A stretch of DNA of 19,956 nucleotides from Armatimonadia bacterium. Lineage in GTDB: Bacteria > Armatimonadota > Zipacnadia > Zipacnadales > UBA11051. A model generated the notes under the pieces. That model was not told the DNA's origin and ran no database searches. It saw only the letters and a program-made list of their open reading frames with translations. Of the stretch, positions 1 through 7,653 are shown piece after piece (position 1 is the stretch's first letter; each line of letters begins with the position of its first letter). Made by a program: the position numbers and the translations under genes. The DNA is taken from the NCBI GenBank assembly GCA_039683575.1, contig JBDKRC010000056.1, positions 1-19,956 of the forward strand. The letters run 5' to 3'.

Positions 1-462
1 CCCCTCGCAAGTCCCCACCCATCGCCCCAGGACCTCCCCCGCCCGGCACAGCGCCACCACGCAGACCAACCGCGCGCGCCGCTCCTCCGGTTTGAGACCC
101 TCCAGCTCCCCCAGAAGTTTCGCGATTCGCTCCTCATCATCCCGCCCATAGCGGCTGGAAAACACCCCCGGCCTTCCCCCCAGCGCCTCAACCTCAAGCC
201 CCGAGTCGTCCGCCAAAGCCCAGCATCCACAGAACTCCGCCGCCGCCATGGCCTTGCTGACGGCATTCTCCTCAAAGGTCTCAAACGGCTCCGGCAACTC
301 CGGCACGTCAGCATAGTCCCCGAGCCCCACAACCTCAATGCCTCCCCAACCCGGCTGCCTGTAGGAGCGCTCACCAGAGCGCGATCTGGAGTCGTTGTCA
401 CCGAGCAACTCCCGTATCTCCCGCACCTTCCCCTCATTAGCCGACGCCACCAATAATCTCAT
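1..462 (-). CDS. rdgB: RdgB/HAM1 family non-canonical purine NTP pyrophosphatase (3' end outside window), carrying a REP-derived in-frame insertion
   Basis: Not in the ORF track. Manual translation from ATG at 462 gives MRLLVASANEGKVREIRELLG...ETFEENAVSKA...ALADDSGLEVEALGGRPGVFSSRY, which contains the HAM1/ITPase motifs. The frame is open to the window edge. Confidence 0.95.
   Translation of the reverse strand, partial: MRLLVASANEGKVREIRELLGDNDSRSRSGERSYRQPGWGGIEVVGLGDYADVPELPEPFETFEENAVSKAMAAAEFCGCWALADDSGLEVEALGGRPGVFSSRYGRDDEERIAKLLGELEGLKPEERRARLVCVVALCRAGEVLGRWVGTCEG
346..385 (+). repeat. REP-like element (family A) inside the rdgB coding sequence
   Basis: GTAGGA-GCGCTC-ACCA-GAGCGC-GA at 361-384. 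The stretch 346-385 is 37/40 identical to 16658-16697. Confidence 0.9.
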
Positions 463-508
463 CTAGCCATCCTAACCTGCGAACTCTGTCCAACTTTTGG
501 CATTCTAG

Positions 509-1441
509 CTACACAAACATCTCCCGCAATCGCCTCTCTTCCTCCGCGCTCAGCACCCACCCCGCCGCCCCCGCCGACTCCTCGATATGATGCGGCCGCT
601 TCGCCCCGCACAGCGCGACCGTCACCCCCGGCTGGTTGAGCACCCATGCAATCGCCATCTGCCCCGCCGTCTTCCCATGCTCCGCCGCCATCCGCGCCAT
701 CTTGTCCACCGCCGTCACGATTCGCTCCAGCCTCTCGCCCTGGAACATCGGGTCCCTGCTGCGCGTATCGCTCTCTGGGAACGTCGCCCCCGGCCGGTAC
801 TTCCCCGTCAGAAGCCCCCTCTGCATCGGGCTATAGCAGAGCACCGCCAGATCATGCTCCCTGCAATATGGCAGCAACTCGGCTTCCGCATCCCGTCGCA
901 GCAGGCTGTAGGGCGGCTGCAGCGACACCAGCGGCCCCGCGGCGCGCATCCGGTCCATCATCGGTATCGTGAAATTCGACACGCCGATATGCCGGATCTT
1001 CCCCTCCTCGCGCAGCTCCCTCAGCGCCGCCATCGTGTCCTCAAAGGGCGTCTGCTCGTCAGGCCAATGCACCTGGTAGAGGTCAATGTAGTCGGTCTGC
1101 AGGTTGCGCAGGCTCTGCTCGCACTCGGCGCGAATCCCCGCCCGCGACGAGTCGTTGAACAGCTTCCCCTCCGCATCCCGCCTCCGTCCGCACTTTGTCG
1201 CCACGATCACCTCGCCGCGCCTGCTCCCCAGCCCCTGTGCCAGCACCCGTTCGCTATGCCCCTCCCCATACACCGCTGCCGTGTCGAAGAAGTTGATCCC
1301 TAGCTCCAGCGCCCGCCGCACCGCCGCCACCGAGTCCTCATCCACCACATCCTCCCCCCAAAACAGCTTCCCCATGGCCCAGCCGCCAAAGCCTATCTCG
1401 GAAACGCGCAGGTCAGTCCCGTCCAACTGCCGATACTGCAT
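509..1441 (-). CDS. Aldo/keto reductase
   Basis: Motifs VSEIGFGGW, GINFFDTAAVYG, ATKCG, TDYIDLYQVHWP, GKIRHIGVSNF and QPPYSLL. Start moved to MQYRQL at 1441, with GAGGTG upstream. Confidence 0.95.
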   Translation of the reverse strand: MQYRQLDGTDLRVSEIGFGGWAMGKLFWGEDVVDEDSVAAVRRALELGINFFDTAAVYGEGHSERVLAQGLGSRRGEVIVATKCGRRRDAEGKLFNDSSRAGIRAECEQSLRNLQTDYIDLYQVHWPDEQTPFEDTMAALRELREEGKIRHIGVSNFTIPMMDRMRAAGPLVSLQPPYSLLRRDAEAELLPYCREHDLAVLCYSPMQRGLLTGKYRPGATFPESDTRSRDPMFQGERLERIVTAVDKMARMAAEHGKTAGQMAIAWVLNQPGVTVALCGAKRPHHIEESAGAAGWVLSAEEERRLREMFV

Positions 1442-1532
1442 CCCATTGTCACCTCGATCCTCTACAATCTTCGCCATCATCCGGCCAAAGCCCTGCTGTG
1501 CTTGCCCATCGCTACTCCCGGGGCGCACGCAA

Positions 1533-1619
1533 AAAACTGGGGACTGGCACCATTTTCGCATGCTTCCCCTGCCCTCCCGAGCAGAGCCTCATGCGGAAAC
1601 GGTGTCTGTCCCCAGTTTT
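1533..1619. repeat. Long imperfect inverted repeat, MITE-like palindromic element
   Basis: Arms 1533-1562 (AAAACTGGGGACTGGCACCATTTTCGCATG) and 1590-1619 match 26/30 as reverse complements and enclose a 27-nt spacer. Confidence 0.75.
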
Positions 1620-1633
1620 GCCCCCGCCTCTTG

Positions 1634-2359
1634 TCAGACTATGCCCCACCGCTCATGGTCAGACGGATGGTACGGCTGCGCCTCGCCTCGTGCGTGGCGG
1701 TGCCGCGTGAGAAACCGGCTCAGAAACACCAGAAGAATGAAAGCCACCGTAGCAGCGCCCACAACCACCACTCCAGGGATGCTGCTGACTGCGGCGTGGC
1801 TAAACAAATCAAGCGGACCGCGCGCCGGGTCAGGCCACATTCCCAGCTTCAGCAGCCACCCGCCGTAAGCCAGCAGCACCAGCCACAGGTAGTTCCGCCG
1901 CAGCCGCCGCCCCAGTGCCTCCGAATACGGCATGTGGAAGCTAGCGCGGTGCAAATCCTCAGCCAAGAGCCTCCTCCACTCCTCCTCATGGTCCAGCTCC
2001 CGCTGACAAGCCTCCCGCGACAGCGCCGGCGCCACCAGCCCCCGCTCGATCATCCGCAGCCGCGCCCGCCAGATGTCATAGTACATGTAGCGGCGCGCCT
2101 CGATGTGCAGCATGATGAAGATCACGCCCAGGATCAGCAGCACGGTCCCATGCGGCGCCCTCGCGTCACTGAGCATGAAGGTCAGCATGGCCGCCGTCGC
2201 GCCAATGGCCCAGTTGGTGGTCACATCCAGCCGCTGGCGCCACACCGTCGCACGGTTCATCTCGCCGCGGTAGAAGTGGATCATAAGCTGCATCCACTCC
2301 GCGTGGCTTACCTCGTGGCAGTATTTCTCAAACGGGACGGGGGTATCATCGTCTGGCAT
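1634..2359 (-). CDS. DUF2270 family integral membrane protein
   Basis: Motifs HFYRGEMNRATVWRQRLDVTTNWA, IEARRY..YDIWRARLR and EALGRRLRRNY, with several hydrophobic segments. Start taken at MPDDD. Confidence 0.85.
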   Translation of the reverse strand: MPDDDTPVPFEKYCHEVSHAEWMQLMIHFYRGEMNRATVWRQRLDVTTNWAIGATAAMLTFMLSDARAPHGTVLLILGVIFIMLHIEARRYMYYDIWRARLRMIERGLVAPALSREACQRELDHEEEWRRLLAEDLHRASFHMPYSEALGRRLRRNYLWLVLLAYGGWLLKLGMWPDPARGPLDLFSHAAVSSIPGVVVVGAATVAFILLVFLSRFLTRHRHARGEAQPYHPSDHERWGIV

Positions 2360-3743
2360 GGCCGGCACCACCACTTAGGCAGTCCAAACAATGTGCTGAT
2401 CCGCTATCATTAGCTGGCGCGTGTTGCGCCAGGGCCTTGCCGACACCGTCTATGGTCCCGCCGCCAACATGCCCCTGCCCGCCGTGCTCACCATGCAGCG
2501 GCTTGTTGGCCAGCTTACCCTTCGCCGCTCCATGCGCCTGCCCCACCTGCTGGTCTCTTAGGCGAGCCTTAGTTTTTACATTGGTCTTAACTTTATCGGT
2601 CATCTCGCGGTCGATGCGGTTGCTGCGCACCCTTGCCCCCGACGAAGCCCGCCTCTCCTCGTCCTGCTGCACCAGCATCCGCAGCTTTGCCTTTGTGGCC
2701 GACTTGTTCTTCACCTTGTCAACCGTCTCCGGCGTCACCACCAGCTTATTGACCTCGCCGTCACGGACCTTATCAACCTTCTGGGGAACTGCCAGCACGG
2801 CCGCCGCAGGTGCCGGCCGCGCCGCAGGCTGCGTCGCCGGGCCCTCCGCGCCGCGCCCCACCGCCGCCGCGTTGAAGGACTTTTCCGGCACTCCCGGAGC
2901 AGCTGGCACGGCCGCCGCCGAATCCATAGCCGGCATAGCAGGTGGCGCCGTGGGGGCCTCGACTACGGCCCTGGGCCCCGTTCGATGTACAGGTAGCACC
3001 TTAACAACCTTGGCAGCAGACGGACCCACGTGCCTGTGGTAGGTCACACCCGCCCTCTGGACTAAGCGATAAGTATCCGCCGAGACCGCTTTGGGCGCAC
3101 TCGGTTCGCTCGCAGGCGCAACTACTGGCCGGCTCGCAACCGGCTTCGGCCCCGTCGAGGGCGCCACTGCCCCGCCAACCGCTGCGGGAGGCTTTACAGT
3201 GGTCATATGCTCGCTCAGAGGCGCTACAGCCGCCGCCGGTGCGGCCTTCTCGGGGGTGGGCTCCCTGGTCTCTTTCGCCGTCTGCGCAGCCATTTCTTCG
3301 GCCGGCCTCGGGGGCGGCGCAAATCCTGGCTCCTGCCGGTAGCCACCGGTCACATAGAAGATCCCAATCGCGAGCAGCAAAGCCGCCGCGGCCGCGAGCC
3401 CCGACAGGCTTCGCGGCACCACAAACGACCGCTTGCGCCGTGGCAGGGCCCCGTAGATCGCCGCACACTCCGGGCACTGCCCCAGGTGGGTCAGCACGCG
3501 GGCGCGCTGGTTCGACTCCAGCGTGCCCTCCGCCATCGCCGCCAGGTCCTCATCAGTCGGATGGTGCGCTTCAGCGGCCTCGCTGGCCAGCAGGGCAAGC
3601 TGCCCTGTGGTCCATTGCAGGCCCTCGAGATCGCTCCGGCACCCGGCGCACTCTTCGAGGTGCTCCTGCACCTCCCAGCGCCGCCGCGTGGCCAGCCGGT
3701 CCTCGGCATATTCGTTTAGTTCAACTTCAGACGGGCACTTCAT
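2346..3743 (-). CDS. Membrane-anchored anti-sigma factor with two zf-HC2 (ZAS) motifs
   Basis: HLEECAGC and HLGQCPEC motifs, one transmembrane helix (LAAAAALLLAIGIFYV) and a long Ala/Pro-rich region. Lies directly downstream of an ECF sigma gene. Confidence 0.85.
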   Translation of the reverse strand: MKCPSEVELNEYAEDRLATRRRWEVQEHLEECAGCRSDLEGLQWTTGQLALLASEAAEAHHPTDEDLAAMAEGTLESNQRARVLTHLGQCPECAAIYGALPRRKRSFVVPRSLSGLAAAAALLLAIGIFYVTGGYRQEPGFAPPPRPAEEMAAQTAKETREPTPEKAAPAAAVAPLSEHMTTVKPPAAVGGAVAPSTGPKPVASRPVVAPASEPSAPKAVSADTYRLVQRAGVTYHRHVGPSAAKVVKVLPVHRTGPRAVVEAPTAPPAMPAMDSAAAVPAAPGVPEKSFNAAAVGRGAEGPATQPAARPAPAAAVLAVPQKVDKVRDGEVNKLVVTPETVDKVKNKSATKAKLRMLVQQDEERRASSGARVRSNRIDREMTDKVKTNVKTKARLRDQQVGQAHGAAKGKLANKPLHGEHGGQGHVGGGTIDGVGKALAQHAPANDSGSAHCLDCLSGGAGHARR

Positions 3744-3772
3744 GCGAGTCCTCAGAATAGGATAACCGTCAG

Positions 3773-4351
3773 TCAGTTAGTGGCGACCGCGCCGTGATTT
3801 CTTCCCCGCCCATTCTCCTCGGTCAGCATCTCGCGCAGCCGCCGCTTGGCGCGGCAAATGCGCGTCGCCACCGTGTTCCCCGGAACGCCCAGGAGCTCGG
3901 CGATCTCGTGGTACTCCAGGCCCCCGAAATGGTGCAGCATCAGCGGCGTACGGAACTGCTCGGGCAGGGCCGTCATCGCCTGGCGCACCTGTGTCGCAAC
4001 GACCCCGCTGTCGGTCGGGTCAGCGGACGGCTCCGGGGTGGAGTCATCAGCGGCGTCCACAACCTGCGGCTGCCGCTGCTGCCGGCGATAGCACCGCCGC
4101 AGCCCGATAGTGCACAGCCACGTGTACATTGAGGAACGTCCCTCAAAGCCCCGCAGCGCCGCGTAATCGTTCGTCAGAAGGGTGGTGAAGACGTCTTGCG
4201 TGACGTCCTCCGCCTCCTCCTGAGAAAGCTGCTGCCGTCCCTTTAGAAAGCCGGTGAGACGCTGGCGGTACCGGCCCTCGAGGGTCGCAAACGCCCCGCT
4301 GTCCCCGGCAGTGATCCGCTGGATCAGTTGCAGGTCAGAGAGTTCACTCAT
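3773..4351 (-). CDS. ECF (sigma-70 group 4) RNA polymerase sigma factor
   Basis: Region 2 motifs (GDSGAFATL, EAEDVTQDVF, F..RSSMYTWL.TI) and region 4 motif (LEYHEIAELLGVPGNTVATRICRAKRRL). Start at MSELSD. Confidence 0.95.
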   Translation of the reverse strand: MSELSDLQLIQRITAGDSGAFATLEGRYRQRLTGFLKGRQQLSQEEAEDVTQDVFTTLLTNDYAALRGFEGRSSMYTWLCTIGLRRCYRRQQRQPQVVDAADDSTPEPSADPTDSGVVATQVRQAMTALPEQFRTPLMLHHFGGLEYHEIAELLGVPGNTVATRICRAKRRLREMLTEENGRGRNHGAVATN

Positions 4352-4700
4352 AGGTGCAGACACAAAACCACACGGACAGTCCTGCACCCGCAATAGCAGG
4401 GCAGAGCTGCCTTAAAGAGATATCACTACATGCTGAAACGACATTGCGCCCGAGAGGAAAGACCGCTATCAATTCGCCCCCTTTCCCACGACACCTCCTG
4501 TCATCTGCGAAGAAATCTAATCTTTTTCTGGTACCATTTTCTCGCACGGTAGCCCGGGCAGAGCCATGTCAGGCAGGACATGCCACTCCTTCCAGCGAAG
4601 ACCTCCCGCGTTGACGTAAGTCTCGGCACGACCGCCGCGCGGCCTCTCGCGATTGCCTCACGGACTAGACCTAACACTGTCTAGGATCAGGGTGACAAAC

Positions 4701-6773
4701 ATGCATAGACTGATGCCGTTAGTCGCCTTCCTCACCGTCGCCTCGCTTGCTCAAGCCCAGCCTCCCGCCTCCGCTCCAGTCTCCGGGCCCAATACGCTCC
4801 TCCTCTGGCATCTCGACGAGGGTCAGGGCGATCAGGCCAAGGACGCCTCCGGACACGCCCGCAACGGCAAGATCACCGGCGCAACCTGGGCTGAAGGCAG
4901 ATTCGGCCAGGCCCTGCGCTGGGCCGAGGATTCCGGCACTGTAGTCGGCCCCACGGACCTCCCTGACCTGAAAGACGCCTTCACCCTCTCCATGTGGGTC
5001 AAGCTGGACAAGCTGCCGACGGGCAAGATCCCCTTCTGGACTGCGGACGTGGGCGGCAAGCTCGGCTCGATGATGATCACCATCCGCCCGCCCGGCCTCC
5101 TCTACGTCGGCCTGCAACTCGGCGGCCAGCCCAACCACCTCATGGGCCAGACCCAGATAGAGCTGAACCAGTGGACCCACCTCGCCCTGACCTACGATGG
5201 CGCGGCCGGGAAGATTGGCCTCTTCGTCAACGGCAAGCTCGATACCGAGTACGACGTCGCGACGGGCTCACCGCTGGAGGTCAATCCCTCCAAAACGCCC
5301 TTCTTCGTGCGCAGCTACAATGGCGGCGACGAAAAGCTTATCGGGCTTATTGATGAGGTGTGCCTAACAAACATTGCCGAGACTTATGGTCACAGGTGGC
5401 GCAGCAACGTGTACCTCCACCTCCTGCGCTACCAGTCTGCCTTCCTCGTAGGCGCAGCCAAGCGTCGCTCGGGCCCGGATCCGGTCAGGGAGTACCAGCT
5501 TCTGGTGAAAGACGCGCGGGGCAAGACTGTCGTGGATCGCAAGCTCAAGTCGCCGGAGGTGGGGGAGGGGGCTCTCGTGCCCGCGCCGGGGCTGAAGGCA
5601 GGGGAGTACCTGGCCACGATCATAGGCCACCGCACTGACGGCGCGACCGAGACAATGCTTGAGCGCAAGATCAACTACACGCCCCCCGTGAAGAGCGTCG
5701 TCAACCTCACCGACCAGAACGTCTGCCTCGTTCAGGGCAAGCCGTTCTTCCCAATCGGGGCCTACCACGTGCGGCAGGAGGATTTCGCCACGGTGAAAGC
5801 CGGCGGGTTCAACACCGTCTTCTCCTTCACGACCACGCTGCCCCCGGGTGCGCCCAAACCCAGCGACGGCGTCGGCTACATCGAAAAATGCGCCGAGCAC
5901 GGCCTGATGGGCATCGGCCTTGGCGGCGTAAATGAGGCGATCCTAACTCACTACCGCAGCAACCCCAACCTGCTCTTCTGGTATATCGCGGACGAGCCCT
6001 CGGGTCCGATTGACCCGCTCATGACGCGCTACGAGACCTGGGCCGCCGTTGACCCGACCCATCCATACTTCCTGCTGCAGAACAAGCCCGCGGAGTTCAT
6101 GCGCCACGCCGCCGCTTGCGACATCTACGCGACCGACCCCTATCCCATCCGCTTTGACGCGCAGGCCGACCTCACGCACGTCGCCCGCTACACCGAAGGC
6201 GCCGTCGCGGCAGTCTTCGACCGCAAGCCCGTGTGGGTCGCGCTGCAATGCTATACAGTCAAGGCCGTCTCAGAGGCCGGCAAGCCCTCCGATGGCAAGC
6301 CTCGCCTGCCGACGCAGGCCGAACTCCGCTGCATGAGCTACATGGCCCTCGCCTGCGGCGCCCGTGGGCTGCTCTACTATGCCTTCGACGACACCTACTA
6401 CAACAACGGCAGCATCCGCGGCGTGAACATCGGCAAGGAGTACCCGGAGTTCTGGTCGCAGATGACGCAGGTTCTCAAGGAGATCGGCGCGCAGGAAAAA
6501 GTGTGGGTCGCGCCATACGCAACGCTGCGTCCGGTCGCCGACGCGCCCGACATCATCGTCCAGAAGCGCCCCTTCGCCGTCGGCGGAGCGACCTACGTGC
6601 TGGTAGTGAACCCGAAATACGAAGCCCGCGACGTCCGCGTCAAGCTCCCTAGCTGCAAGGCCAAAGGCGCAGCCGCCGACGCCCTGGGTGGCAAGCCCGG
6701 CCAGATACAATCAGCCGTCCTCACAGACCGCCTGGAAGCGCTGGAGAGCAAGTGTTACATGATTGGGGGATAG
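4701..6773 (+). CDS. Secreted protein: LamG/ConA-like jellyroll domain plus putative glycoside hydrolase TIM barrel
   Basis: Signal peptide (MHRLMPLVAFLTVASLAQA). LamG motifs LWHLDEGQG, FTLSMWVK, WTHLALTYDG, LFVNG and GLIDEV. C-terminal part has GKPFFPIGAY, AGGFNTV, WYIADEP, DPYP and GARGLLYY. Confidence 0.8.
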   Translation: MHRLMPLVAFLTVASLAQAQPPASAPVSGPNTLLLWHLDEGQGDQAKDASGHARNGKITGATWAEGRFGQALRWAEDSGTVVGPTDLPDLKDAFTLSMWVKLDKLPTGKIPFWTADVGGKLGSMMITIRPPGLLYVGLQLGGQPNHLMGQTQIELNQWTHLALTYDGAAGKIGLFVNGKLDTEYDVATGSPLEVNPSKTPFFVRSYNGGDEKLIGLIDEVCLTNIAETYGHRWRSNVYLHLLRYQSAFLVGAAKRRSGPDPVREYQLLVKDARGKTVVDRKLKSPEVGEGALVPAPGLKAGEYLATIIGHRTDGATETMLERKINYTPPVKSVVNLTDQNVCLVQGKPFFPIGAYHVRQEDFATVKAGGFNTVFSFTTTLPPGAPKPSDGVGYIEKCAEHGLMGIGLGGVNEAILTHYRSNPNLLFWYIADEPSGPIDPLMTRYETWAAVDPTHPYFLLQNKPAEFMRHAAACDIYATDPYPIRFDAQADLTHVARYTEGAVAAVFDRKPVWVALQCYTVKAVSEAGKPSDGKPRLPTQAELRCMSYMALACGARGLLYYAFDDTYYNNGSIRGVNIGKEYPEFWSQMTQVLKEIGAQEKVWVAPYATLRPVADAPDIIVQKRPFAVGGATYVLVVNPKYEARDVRVKLPSCKAKGAAADALGGKPGQIQSAVLTDRLEALESKCYMIGG

Positions 6774-6782
6774 GGGAGAGGG

Positions 6783-6856
6783 GTAGGGGCGGACCGTGGT
6801 CCGCCCGCTTGGGGGCACACAACTAAGGCATCGGGCGGACCACGGTCCGCCCCTAC
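6783..6856. repeat. Inverted REP doublet (REPIN-like, family B) between convergent genes
   Basis: Perfect 25-bp inverted repeat GTAGGGGCGGACCGTGGTCCGCCCG at 6783-6807 and 6832-6856. Each arm is a GTAG tetranucleotide followed by a hairpin. Confidence 0.9.
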
Positions 6857-7587
6857 TTCAGCCGCCGGTGCAGCCGCCGAATCCGGAACAGATCCATGAC
6901 CATCTTGAACCCGTCGCGCAGCATCTTCACCTTGCTGTTCGGGTCGTTGGTCCACGTCACCGGCACCTGCGCGATCTTCAGGCCCAGCTTGCGCGCGATG
7001 AACATCAACTCGGCATCAAAGGCCCACCCGCTAAGCTTCTGGTGCGACAGGATCTCATGGGCCGCCTCGCGCCGGAAGGCCTTGAACCCGCACTGGCTGT
7101 CGGGGATTCCGGGCAGCAGAATGACCTGGTTGATCCATCCGAACATGCGCCCCGCGACCTCGCGGTACCACGGCTGATGAACGGTAAGCACCGAGTCCGG
7201 GAGTTGCCGCGAGGCGATAGCGACGTCGGCTCCCGCCTCAAGCTCCGCCAGCAGCTTACCCGCCTCCTCGATCGGTGTCGAGAGATCCGCATCCGAGAAT
7301 AGCAGGTACTTGCCGCGCCCTTCGAGCAGCCCGCGCTTGACCGACAGCGCCTTGCCGCGGTTGGGCTCATTGCGTACGATGCGATGCAATGGGAAGTCCT
7401 TGATCGCCGCCTCAGCCACCTCGCCGGTGCCATCGCTGCTGCCGTCATCGACAATGATGAGCTCAGTGGTGAACGGCTGGGCGGACAGGTACGCAAGCAC
7501 GCGAGTCAAAGTCGGCGGCAGCCGCAGCGCCTCGTTGTAAGCCGGGATTATGAGAGACAGATGGATTGAATCGTTGGTTTCACTCAT
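6853..7587 (-). CDS. Glycosyltransferase family 2 (dolichyl/polyprenyl-phosphate glucosyltransferase-like)
   Basis: Motifs LSLIIPAYNE, IIVDDGSSDGT, NRGK, FSDADLS, DSQCGFKAF and WAFDAEL. Confidence 0.95.
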   Translation of the reverse strand: MSETNDSIHLSLIIPAYNEALRLPPTLTRVLAYLSAQPFTTELIIVDDGSSDGTGEVAEAAIKDFPLHRIVRNEPNRGKALSVKRGLLEGRGKYLLFSDADLSTPIEEAGKLLAELEAGADVAIASRQLPDSVLTVHQPWYREVAGRMFGWINQVILLPGIPDSQCGFKAFRREAAHEILSHQKLSGWAFDAELMFIARKLGLKIAQVPVTWTNDPNSKVKMLRDGFKMVMDLFRIRRLHRRLK

Positions 7588-7653
7588 GGTGTAAGCTCTG
7601 GTTCAAGAGCATTCGCCATCGGCGGAAAGTTCCCTCGCCACGGAGGCAAACCC

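Noticed and set aside
1442-1561. 40-aa N-terminal extension of the aldo/keto reductase
   Set aside because: It starts within the palindromic element. Family similarity begins at MQYRQL (1441), which has its own RBS.
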